Assembly: GCA_051362555.1 (NCBI GenBank)
Contig: CM120641.1
Span: forward strand, 16,120,001 to 16,184,000
DNA length: 64,000 nt
Direction: 5' to 3'
DNA from: Lingula anatina
Taxonomy: Eukaryota > Animalia > Brachiopoda
The translations under genes were made by a program, and so were the position numbers. A model generated the notes under the pieces. It did no database searches. It was not told the DNA's origin and saw nothing but the letters and a program-made list of their open reading frames with translations. Within the stretch, counting starts at the first letter, position 1. Each line of letters opens with the position of its first letter. Shown piece by piece: positions 1 through 11,900 of this stretch.

Positions 1-2
1 AG

Positions 3-1205
3 GTTTGACATCACAGTATCACGGTTTGAATGCACTACAAACCAAATACAGCCCTCTGGGACTAACTGTACTCGCCTTCCCGTGTAACCAGTTTGGAATG
101 GTAATTTTTTTAGAAGAAAAATTAATTTGTGTTTATTTTTTTCTCCACAAAATCCTTCAATCAAATTTCCTGAAAATCACATTTATTGCCTTAAATTACA
201 ATGAATTCAAAGCGCTTGTGTTTATGAAATACGTATACCGACCGCTGTTATGTTGGCAGTTATGCTACATGTAAGTTTCAAGTATCAAATGTATTTTGTG
301 CTAGAGAGCCATTCTCTATTAAACATGAATTAAATGGAAAAATACTATACTTGGAAATTGTAAGCATCATATTTCACAAGTATGGTTTATTTGTTGTAGC
401 AAGAACCTGGTAGGAACGCGACAGAAATCTGGAACGGAATCAAAGAAGTGCGGCCTGGGCATGGCTTTACTCCAAATTTCCAGATGTTTACGAAAACTGA
501 AGTTAATGGAATAAACGAAAATCCCCTGTACACATATCTAAAGGTAAATATGCATAACACGTGCCCAAATTGAGAAATCAAATAGTGGATGTTATTGGAA
601 GAAAGGATTTTTGGACAACATCTTCTGAAACAAAGTGGTTTGTTAAGAACCCAGTCCTGCAAAGAAAAAAAGAAGAGAAAATACTCCCTGAGACCCAAAG
701 AAGCTTGTTTTCTATACTTTGTACTGTATTATGCCTAATTTATCCCATTTTTCAATAGATTATTTTGTGTTAAAGGGGGAGGGCGGATGTAAATATGGTT
801 TACATATTACTTGGTACAGATTTGCGGAGGAAAACGGAAGCAGATTACATTTTTAACCGTGCATGCAACCATTAACTTGATATTTTGGATTGCTTTTTTT
901 AGACTCGATGTGACAGCACAGTGGAAGATTTTGCGACAGACGACAAGCTTTTTTACCAACCTAAAAGAAGCCAGGACATACGTTGGAACTTTGAAAAATT
1001 CCTCGTGGACCACCGCGGTTTTCCTTTAAAGCGTTTCCACCCTCGCACAAATCCTGACAACGCAGAATTTATCTCGACACTAGAGGAAGCCCTAGATATG
1101 AGAAATGGTCGTATGGAGATACGAGATCAAGCATCCAGTAATGGAAAGACAATGCAAAAGGCATACTGCAGTCTGGTACAAACTATATGTCTGAAGATTC
1201 ATTAA
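3..1205 (+). CDS. Glutathione peroxidase, GPx3-like, probable selenoprotein; 5'-truncated by the window edge. Exons 3-100, 400-543, 903-1205
   Basis: Spliced translation [13 protein letters not shown]...[10 protein letters not shown]|QEPG...VRPG.GF.PNF...YTYLK|TRC...[11 protein letters not shown] carries the GPx signatures FPCNQFG-x-QEP and WNFEKFL. Introns are GT-AG. The first visible exon starts in the Gly codon that follows Sec/Cys in GPx3 (UGLT), so the active-site codon lies just outside the window. Confidence 0.93.
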
Positions 1206-1795
1206 AATGAACGCTGAGTCAATATTAAGGGTCGACTTCCGTTCGGGATGACGTTATCTATCATCGGGTTATAGAAGACTTGTTGCCCAGCAATGGTGAG
1301 CAATAATAACCTATACAACGAAACTCTCACATTGTCCGGAAATAATTTTGCATCCCTATTCTAACTGAAACACTTACATAGTAGAAGACGCCTACCCCGG
1401 TGATAAAAACTGATAATTGAAAACCTAGAACTCGGCGTGAATATAAAATAGAATAAAATATAAAAAAATAAATAGTATCTTAAGGAAAGGTGTGGATCCC
1501 TCATTTCTGTCTTTATTTTTTTATTTATTATTTTGCATCAAAAAGAAGAAAGTGTTGCGTTTTGAATAAATTAGCCTAAACTTGTAAATTTTAATACTAT
1601 GTTCGGACTTTGCTCCCTTTGCCCAAGCGGATTTCATGGGACAGGTGCGAAATGTCATCTTACAGTTGGTTACTTGCAATGTATTTTATCTTCATGCTAC
1701 ATGTTCAGGAGCGTAATGAATCCATTAACTTTGTAATAGTGTAAATTCGTGACTTTTTATGTGTACCAATGCATTCTCTTGAAAGCTAGAAACTT

Positions 1796-1864
1796 TGGCT
1801 GCCATATGAAGACCGAGCCGTCAACTACTAAACCAGTAGGAGGTTCGGTCCGATAATGATCACC
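1796..1864 (+). promoter_or_regulatory. SECIS element (type II) in the GPx 3' UTR
   Basis: ATGAA (1806-1810), then helix II GACCGAGCC(G)TC pairing with GAGGTTCGGTC, unpaired AA (1823-1824), mini-stem CTACT/AGTAG with loop AAACC, and CGAT (1851-1854) completing the GA quartet. AATAAA follows near 1952. Confidence 0.88.
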
Positions 1865-2382
1865 ATTTTCGTGATATTCAGTGCATTCTATCTCGTCTCA
1901 ATGGAGATCAGCGACCACTGTTTCTTCTTTCTTTATTTATGTCAATTATTAAATAAAATAGCATATGTGAAGCATAAAAATTTGTTGTTCTATTTTTTTG
2001 TAGTAAAGTCTAAATAGGCCTATGATATGCATAGCACAAAAGGTGATTTTTAAAAATGATTGGTTAATTAGGCCTACGTTTTTCTCCCATATCTTACATA
2101 TTTTTTATCCGAATTTTGAATGAAAGAAAGTCTTAAACAAGTATAATAGATCACAAGATAATGATAACAATTTTTAACATCAATTTGTTATATGAATTCA
2201 AAATTTTAAGGAAAAGGATATTATTTTATTTGAAAGTTCCAAAAGATAGGAATATTAATTAAAAACAATATGCACAACTCGATTCAATCACAACATTCTC
2301 AACCTCGCAGTCGTAATCTTCACCATTTAAAATGAAGCTGTATATTTTCCACATCCATCCACGCTGCACAAGACGTGTTCAG

Positions 2383-2990
2383 TTGATCATTAGCTACAGC
2401 AAACGACATGCAATTCAGATGCTTTGGGTCCTACATAATAGTCTTGAATTCAAACCGACGTCAAAACTAGAAAAAAAATCAAAGTACACGAAACGTTTGT
2501 TTTGTTACGGAGATACACAGTTACAGTAGGCCTATCCCCTTAATTTGATTCGGACGCCATCATCCCGAAAAAAGATGAAAAAAAAAAAAAAAAAAAAAAC
2601 AGGACTGAGGTTGTGGAGGACATTGATTTTTGCGTCAGGATGTCACGCCAGTCACATAGACTGCCTATAATTGACCATTAGCCTATCTACAGCAAACAAC
2701 ATGCATTGAAGATGTTTGGATTGCGACATACAGATATAATAGTCTTGAATTCAAACCAATGTCAAAACTATATCTAGAAAAACTGAAAATCAAAGCGCTT
2801 ATGCACCACTTCTCGTGCTATTGTTTAGTTATGGAGATACAGAATTATCATTCTTAATAAGATTGGGGCTTCATCGTCCCGAAAAAGATTAAGTAATTAA
2901 AATGGGTAGAAAAAAATATCTGAAACAGGACTGAGGTTGTGGAGGACATTAATTTTTGCGTCAGAGCTGTCACGCCAGTCACATACGCTG
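2383..2990. repeat. Diverged tandem duplication (~290-320 bp units) upstream of ACO2
   Basis: Shared blocks ATAATAGTCTTGAATTCAAACC and CAGGACTGAGGTTGTGGAGGACATT...GTCACGCCAGTCACATA occur in ~2383-2663 and ~2672-2990. Confidence 0.8.
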
Positions 2991-3165
2991 TCTTGGATCA
3001 GTAGAAGATCCATTTTCGAGAAACTTTGCATCTGTTTATGGGGAAAATTATGTTCTGGAAATATATGATACTCTTCGAAATCCTAACTATGCCCCGGCCT
3101 AACTTTGGTTAATCAACAACACGAATGTTAATCAATCTTTTGCAAAAGGAGGTAAAAAGTTGTTG

Positions 3166-3173
3166 TGACGTCA
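3166..3173 (+). promoter_or_regulatory. Palindromic CRE (TGACGTCA) near the ACO2 start
   Basis: Perfect TGACGTCA 20 bp upstream of the ATG at 3194. Function is not shown. Confidence 0.45.
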
Positions 3174-3193
3174 AGCTAGTAGAGCAGCCGAGG

Positions 3194-5899
3194 ATGGCGT
3201 ACTTTTTGAGATCGTCCTTGACGAAGGTAAATTTAAGATAATTTTTTCTAGAAAATTTGTGTTTATGGCATATATGTGTATCTTGTGATATCACTGTATA
3301 AAATAGAGTTTTCGTATCACAACGCCATTGACCCAGAATCACGCTTAAATGCAGATTGAGTAACCCACTCCGATCAAACGGCTTATCCACAATTTTCCGC
3401 CGGTCAAAGCAGTTTTATTAGCTAGATTGACATAAAGTTTAACGTAATGGTAACTAAGTCACCATGAAAACCATTCTTACCAAGCTTTGAGTAAGTTTTT
3501 ATGTAGAGTATGTGATAAGTAACCACTTATTGTTTGTCATTTTGATGAATGTTTCTGCCCCATCTGTCAGTAATGCATGCAGGCCATGTGAACTATCCTT
3601 AGGACATTACTGTTAGATTTCATTGTTGCTCAATAGTTTGGGTTTGCGAGTATATTTGGAATTCGTCTCATTTCACCAAGTTCTAAAAGTGTGTAGAGAT
3701 TACAATCTATTTGTGAGATAAACAAAAAACCCAAAGGAAGGAGTGCAGTTTGTCTTAGGCCCCATTCAGCATAGGGGACTAACTAGTTCAAGGATCAATA
3801 TGGTCAAATATGGCCCTCATATGCGATCATATAGTTTCAGATAGCTATAATTCTTTACTCTGTAAGAAGTATTTATATGTTTTACTGCTAGTGAAGATGA
3901 AAAGTTACACATGCAAGTGAATGCGTAATCATGTCAAGCACTGCTTCATCTTCGTTATCCTTATCATTTGTACACAAATGTATATATGTGGCCTTGATAA
4001 GACATCCTGGGATAAAATTGGTGTGCACTATTTCACCAGAACAGCATTTCAGTTCGCTACATACTGTTAGTAAATAATATCTTAACAACTGATTTTCTTC
4101 TTTTTCTTTACCAGTCTTTGATGTATGCTATGTGTGTGTGATTTTTTTATTTTCAAGTTTATTATTGTATCTCACATTAAAATTGAAATTGAAGAGAAAT
4201 ATTTTATATATATATATATAATAAAATTCCAAAGTCAACAGTATATTGCTCATGTCATGTAAATAGTGTGACATTTTTTCACTTTTTCACAAAATGATGA
4301 AATATGAACAATCCTCATATACTTAAACAACAGGGCCTTTAGATTTTGAAAGTACTTGTTTCATTTTGTCTTCATGGGTGACATATTATTTTGCATTTTA
4401 CATGTAAGGTTTACACTTTGAAAGAAAGTTTTTTGTTACTATTTCCAGGGGCTTCAGCATGTTAGTTTCATAGCACAGGTGCGACATATCCATGGATCAT
4501 CTGCATTTTTTGCAGCCAAGGTGTGTTTAAATATAAATAAAACATTTTTTGGGTTTAAATATGTCAGGAAACAAATATTGTTTGGAAAGGTGGTTGTTTT
4601 AAAGTTAATGGCATAATTGTAACGTTGATTTATTTTACTGCAGGTTTTGCAGTAACAGACTTGTATTTCAAATGGAAATTGGTCTTTAACTCTATTGTAG
4701 ATAGTAAAATAATACTTGAATCCTTTTATCATAGGTGCCTATGAGCAGGTTTGATGGTGATCATTATGTGAACTATGAAAAACTAGCACAAAACTTAGAC
4801 ATTGTGAAAAGAAGGTAAGTTATGAGCTTGTACGTTGAATTAATATTTTCATATTGTCTGTCTGTGTTTCCATTTATACATTTCAACATTTTTTAGAATA
4901 AAGAATTTCCTCTTAGGACTTAAATTTTTTTGTATAATAATAAGTATCATTCCAATTAATGCATTTTAGCATGTTTTTGTCCAGAATAAAGAATAAATTG
5001 ATAGGTTTAAAAAAAAATTACTGTAACCAATTTTGATAAATTCAGGTTAAACCGACCACTCACTCTGTCAGAAAAAGTTCTGTACAGTCATTTAGATGAA
5101 CCAGCAGAATGTGTAAGTATGGCAAAAAAAAAAACTTATAAAAAATAATAAAAAATATTATACCCATTAGAAAATAGTGATCGGAAAATACCAAAAATAA
5201 GAAAAAACTGTCTTTTAAACAGTATAAAAAAACCTATTTCAGACTAGTAAATGAATATTTGAGTATTAGTATTAAGTGCTTCCTAAGAATAGAATCTAGT
5301 CTTGGGTTGTATGTATGAATGATATAGATTGTTAGTGCTTGTATTTTATTTTGAAAAGATAAAATACATGAATTTTGGAGGACTAGTAACATATAATTAC
5401 AATTATTTTTCTTAATTTTATAATTTCTAATATTACTGTATTATTAGGACTTTTTCTTTTTCTAAATAAGGTTATAGTTTTTTGGAAAAAAAGATAAATA
5501 ACATACAGTTTCTAAATGTGAGGTTTACAGGCATGGATATGTTTTGAAAAACTAAAGTATTCTTAATACTGCTTGATAAATAAAAAGTTGTGGCTTTTGA
5601 GACTAAAAAATGAAATTCTTAACAAACATCAGGTGATGCGTAAGATTAACTAAGCTTTCTTCTTCACGATTTCAGGAAATTGTCCGTGGAGAAAGCTACC
5701 TGCGCCTCCGTCCTGATAGAGTTGCTATGCAAGATGCCACAGCCCAGGTATACTGTTGGCATTTTGTTTTATCTGGAACAGCAACATTTCTCAACATATT
5801 CCATTTTTTACTAAAGCATTACTTTTTAATTCAAATAGAGCCATTTAAATCTTGCCAATGAGGTTGGTACTGTCTTACTAAGCTTCAGTGGATTTTAAT

Positions 5900-5979
<80 letters not shown>

Positions 5980-8900
5980 TGTGTGTGTGTGTGTGTAATT
6001 CACTAATTATTTTCTTTTTGTCTAGATGGCCATGTTGCAGTTCATCTCCAGTGGACTTCCAAAAGTAGCTGTTCCCTCTACAATTCATTGTGACCACTTG
6101 ATTGAGGCAGAAGTGGGTGGTGACAAAGACTTGGCCAAAGCTAAGGTACAAGGTTAAATTTGATAATATATAAAAGGAGTAGAAATGTGGCTTGCAATAA
6201 TAACAGTTAATTTTCTGTCCTCATCGAGGTTTCAGTAACTATGATATAGAATAAACATTGTGTGAAAGTAAGTAGGTGAGCATGCTTTCACCGATATCAA
6301 AAGATGTATTTTGTTCAGGCAATCCCCAGAAATATATCTTTTTAATTTGTATGGCTGGTAAATTGTCACAAACAATTATATTCTTGTTATTCAGTAGTGC
6401 TCATTATTTCTCTTTGTTATAGGATATTAACAAAGAAGTGTACAACTTCCTGAGTACGGCTGGAGCCAAGTATGGTGTGGGATTTTGGCAGCCAGGAAGT
6501 GGAATAATTCATCAGGTATGTATATGTTGAAGTTTGAAAATTGTGTCTTAAATTCAACATGATATTTTACATCTGTTGTTCCTTTGCTGTACAAAAAGTT
6601 GTTGAACTGTTGTCAAACCTATGTCAATTTGTAAGATGGTGCAGCTACGTTTATCAGAATGTAACAAACAAAAAATTACATTAATAAATATATTTTTTGT
6701 TAGGTGAGTTTTATCCTATTGATAATGTTACAAATACTGATGTTTATTTTCTGCCATTTCAGATTGTGCTTGAGAATTATGCGTTTCCTGGAATTCTGCT
6801 AATTGGCACTGATAGTCATACCCCAAATGGAGGTCAGTGTAATAATGTTCACTGCAAAGGAATATTAACATTGTAATTTTGTGTAAACAACTTGATTTTA
6901 TAATGACGTTAAAACAAGTTAACAAGCCTCGATATTAGCTTAGGTTAAATGTTTTTATTCATTCTTTGACAGTCTTTATACAGTAGGGAAAATGCTAGAA
7001 TTGCTTGTGATGGCTTACCTTGGCTTAAAAAATCAAAGACATTTGATAATTTACAATTTTATCATGCCATTGGTTAGAGTTGCTAATATCTCTAAACCAA
7101 AAGCTCTGGTAGTGTAACCCCAGAAGCTGTTGCTTTTTGGCACGGATGTAACAATAGGACAGAGTTTATGCTTGCTTTCCAGGTGGACTTGGAGGTTTAT
7201 GTATCGGTGTAGGTGGCGCAGACGCTGTGGATGTCATGGCCAACATACCATGGGAACTGAAATGTCCACAGGTGAGGGCAGTTTGTGTGATAACAGACAT
7301 TTGACACTTACTGAGTTCTCTCTCTGAGAATAATGTATCTTAACCACTTAACTGACCAGTACTTTTTTCAGTTCAAATAGTAAAATCACAAACTCTGTTT
7401 TGAATTCAATTTTTTAAATCATCACCCCATATTCATTGCTATCAGCAATTATCTACTTGTAAAACAGTCTTATTTTGTGCTACATACACTTTCATAGATA
7501 AATGTGTTATTTAATTTCTCATAACCATTAAATTTAAAATGATCAAATTTTAGGTAATTGGTGTTCACCTGACTGGAAAACTGAAGGACTGGACTTCACC
7601 AAAAGATGTCATCCTGAAAGTAGCTGATATCCTGACAGTGAAGGGAGGCACTGGAGCCATTGTTGAGTATTATGGACCTGGGGTGGATTCCATATCTTGC
7701 ACAGGTATATTCTAGTGACTAATCTGTAATTATTCTGCTGGCTATGAATTTTTAATATCAAAATTTGCAAGGATTAATTTTTAGAATAAGCGAAAGATGA
7801 AACTGAAGGAAGAAATTAAGTGCTCATCTAATTTCTATCTATAACCTTTAGGAATGGGCACTATTTGTAACATGGGTGCTGAGATAGGTGCTACCACCTC
7901 CGTATTCCCATATGGACACAGCATGAGGAATTACCTTAAAGCAACAAATAGAGGAGGTAGGTATAGTTGACATGTATTTGGATGGTTTTAGTTACATAGT
8001 TTTGTGTTCTGTTAAAATCACTATAGGATAAGAAACAAAAGTGTGGACACCCATCCAGATATTAGGTATATTGTTGAATATTTAAGAATATAATGTTATA
8101 TTTACCTTGATAGATTATGCCTCTTCTGTCTTAATTTGTTAAATTTAATTTCAGGAATTGCCAACCTTGCTGATGAATACAAAGATGTCTTGCTCTCAGC
8201 TGACTCTGGTTGTGAATATGATAGAATCATTGAAATTAATTTGGATGAAGTAAGATTAAGAAATTCTGTATAGACTAATATATAATTACCTATTACTTTT
8301 CTGTGTTTTTGTTTTTGGTCACCATTCTATTTATTTTTGTACACGTGTATTTATGGTCTTTAGTAATGGTTGTGAATTTAGTTGTAGTAAGTGATATTAA
8401 TGCTGCACCTTAGAAAAACGTTGCTTTGGTGGAGGAAGCTTGGGGGCTTGGTCACTTTAATGATCATGCTTACATTTTACTGTATAAACCACATGAAACT
8501 TTCTTCACATTTTCAACAAGACTAGATGGTTTTGGTTTGTAAAAAAGCAATAGATTTCTCGAATCCTAACCCACATATGATACAAAAATACAGAACAAAT
8601 ATAAAAAACTTTTTAAAAAATTTAAAGAATGGTATGTTTTTTCTCCTTTTTGGTATCATTTCATCTGTATTAAGTGTGTTTTTATCCTAATATTTTTTTC
8701 ATTCTTTAATACAATATTCACCGTCACAGTTTATTTAAGAGCTGCACATTCACTTGGCTAACATAACCCCACACCAGCATTTTTACAGTAGACATGACAT
8801 TCACATGTGGTGAAGGTTATTAAACAGACAAATATAATTTTTTTACGATTGAACAATGCAGGGCTCAACATTTTACATTTTTGTTCATAAGTTTCAGTTG

Positions 8901-11900
8901 AATCATAACATGATCATCAACTCTGTTTGGTCATTTTATTTATGCAATTACAGATTTAAATATGTTGAGCCCTGCAGAGCATGGAAGTAATTTTATGTCA
9001 AATCATTGGTGGTAGACATTCTAGAATGGGTATCAAGATTTTTTTCCTGCTGCTTGCATTGCAACCTGTATATGCTTTCAGTTAGAGCCTCATGTCAATG
9101 GGCCTTTTACCCCTGATCTTGCTCATCCTATTTCCCTACTTGGAAAACGGGCTAAAGAGAATGGCTGGCCTGTGGAGCTTTCTGTGGGTAAGTTAATGTA
9201 TTTAGTTTGTGAGTGTTATTGATGATGTAGATATGTATCTGGGTCAGTGTGGCCTAGATCACTGTGTCTGGGTTTTTGGTATGATACAGCATGCTCTTTC
9301 TACAGTTGGAGCCACACATAAATGGACCAATGACACCTGATCTTGCACACCCAATTAGTAAACTTGGCAAGAGGGCTAAAGAAAAAGGATGGCCTTTGAA
9401 AATTGAAGTGGGTGAGTTTTGCTGTCAGGAAAAATTCTTTATTTTACAGCAGGTGATGGGCTGTCTTTTTACTTGGTACATGATTAGTATTATCTTCAGT
9501 AATGTGATGGGGTCATAAAATTGTTTTGTCATAAGTATAAACCAATTATCATATCATTACTGTTTGTAGACAAAAATTAACGGCAATATGGATCACTACA
9601 CTGTTAATTCACCAGATAATGGTTTGATATAACACTCATCCTGAAATATGTAATTGGATGTTAGGAAAAATGGTCTGAATGGAAATTCAGCTTAATTTTA
9701 TGCTCTGTGACTTTTTTTCTTTGCTTTGCAGAGTTAAATAGACTTATTTTTTTGTAGCTTAGATGCATATTTCTAGATGTAATATTGTATTATTTGAGTG
9801 CTTACTGATAGGATAGGAATTGATTACTTGATCATGTGCTATGGTCTATAGAATATAATATGTTATTCATATTGCCCCTTGAATATCATTGTTTTCCTGT
9901 AGTAATTGGGTATTGTGAAAATAAAATCTCTCCCCCAGGATTGATTGGCAGCTGTACTAACAGTAGTTATGAGGACATGAGTAGAGCAGCCAGTTTAGCC
10001 AGGCAGGCACTGAAGCATGGTTTAAAAGCCAAGTCCAAGTTCACCATCACTCCAGGCTCAGAACAGATCAGAGCAACCATTGAGAGAGATGGCCAGGTGT
10101 GTAGACTACGTACTAGACATGTGGCAAAAAGGAATTAAGACCATAACATGATTACATAGACAGTGTTGTGTCTGTTCATGTAGCCATAAAGGAAGTCTCT
10201 TTATGGAGATGAAACTGTGGAATTTTTGTGCTATTGTGATAGCAAAAAATGTAGTCATTGTTCTATTTTATTGTTTGCTTCTTAGAATATAATATGAATA
10301 TTTGAAATGGACATTCAAAAAAGATTGACGTCACTTGTATAGTTTTAGAAGGTAGGAAGCGTAAAAGGGAAATGAAAATGATAACCCTTATTTCTTACAA
10401 ATTAAATTAACTAGAATTATATCAAATTTGGTTTAACAAATAAGAGGAAGTTGCTTCATATTTGAAATTACCAAAAAACATTTTAAAAAATTATACAAAA
10501 ATAATGGAGACAGTAGCTGAAGTAAATTTCAGTGTTACTTTTGTTTAGGCTGCAGTGCTGCGTGAAGTTGGAGGCATAGTATTGGCTAATGCCTGTGGTC
10601 CCTGTATAGGACAGTGGAACAGGTATGAGGCTCACATCTCGTGAAATACTTAATGGGTATTAAGACTGGCATTTTCATATGGTACTTCCCTAACAACTAA
10701 ACTATTGTAAATTTGACCATTATTAAGATTTCATTTCCTGGAGAAAAGTGATTGAAGAATTGGCATAAAGATTTGATTTGTTTGTTGAACATGCTATTTT
10801 TTTAAATGTTAATTTTACTTATAGAACTGATATGAAAAAAGGACAGAAGAACACCATTGTTACATCATACAACAGGAACTTCACTGGTCGTAATGATGGC
10901 AACCCAGAGACCCATGCCTTTGTGACATCACCAGAGTTGGTGACAGCCATGGTGTTTGGTGGAAGTCTGGATTTTAACCCTGTCACTGATGAACTGGAAG
11001 GAGCAAATGGTGAGTTGTGAAAAAGCATATCTGATCATCACTTTTCAGGGTGATTTTTTAGTTCATTTAGTGATTTACAATTCAACATATTTGGAAGTCA
11101 TGTTGTATGTTAATATTAAGCACCGAATTTTGCTGAATGATTTCTATGAATAACAAACGTTTGAGAATTTAACCTTTTGAAATGAAATTGTTTTTAGATG
11201 ATATAAGATCAACAGGGTGTGTATGTTAATTAATTTCTAGGTGAGAAGTTCAAGTTTGAATGTCCCACTGGTGATGAGCTGCCATCCCGTGGGTTTGATC
11301 CAGGCCAGGACACATACCAAGCCCCCCCAAGTGATGCATCGGGAGTCTCGGTAGATGTTAGTCCAACCAGCAACAGGCTACAGCTCCTCACACCGTTCAA
11401 TAAGTGGGATGGGAAAGATTTGGATGACTTGGTTGTCTTACTAAAGGTTATACTTGCATCTGACACTATTTTTATCACTCATCAAATCGATAAAATTACT
11501 TAAAGGTTTTTAGCAGTTGAATTTAAGAAATCACTGTTGTCACTTAAAATCAATTCTGAATATTTTATTAAAACTTTCAAAAAAAAAAATAATGATGTTT
11601 GTGGTATGTTGGTATAAATATTATTAAATTTAGTATTAGATGGCTTTTGTATATGATGACATAAAAAATATCCAAATATTAAGTTTTTGTTTTTATTTAG
11701 GTGAAAGGCAAGTGTACAACTGACCACATCAGTCCAGCTGGACCTTGGCTGAAGTACAGAGGTCACTTGGATAACATCTCAAACAACTTTATGATTGGGT
11801 AAATTCAACTATTTTTCCAGTGTTTAGAAAAAATAATTTCACATTTTGAGAGTTGTATGCAACAACTAGGTGATGAACAGATACAGTGTCTGATAAGCCT

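Noticed and set aside
1248-1322. Second SECIS-like hairpin in the GPx 3' UTR
   Set aside because: Spacing from ATGA to an apical AA and the GA quartet do not fit SECIS geometry.
3100-3200. Iron-responsive element in the ACO2 5' UTR, as in vertebrates
   Set aside because: No CAGTGN-loop hairpin with a C bulge is visible near the ATG.
5885-6151. His-Thr repeat ORF
   Set aside because: It is the antisense translation of the (GT)n microsatellite and an ACO2 exon.
9237-9259. CAGTGT-containing hairpin resembling an IRE
   Set aside because: It is intronic, and the 5-bp upper stem required around a 6-nt loop has a G-G mismatch.
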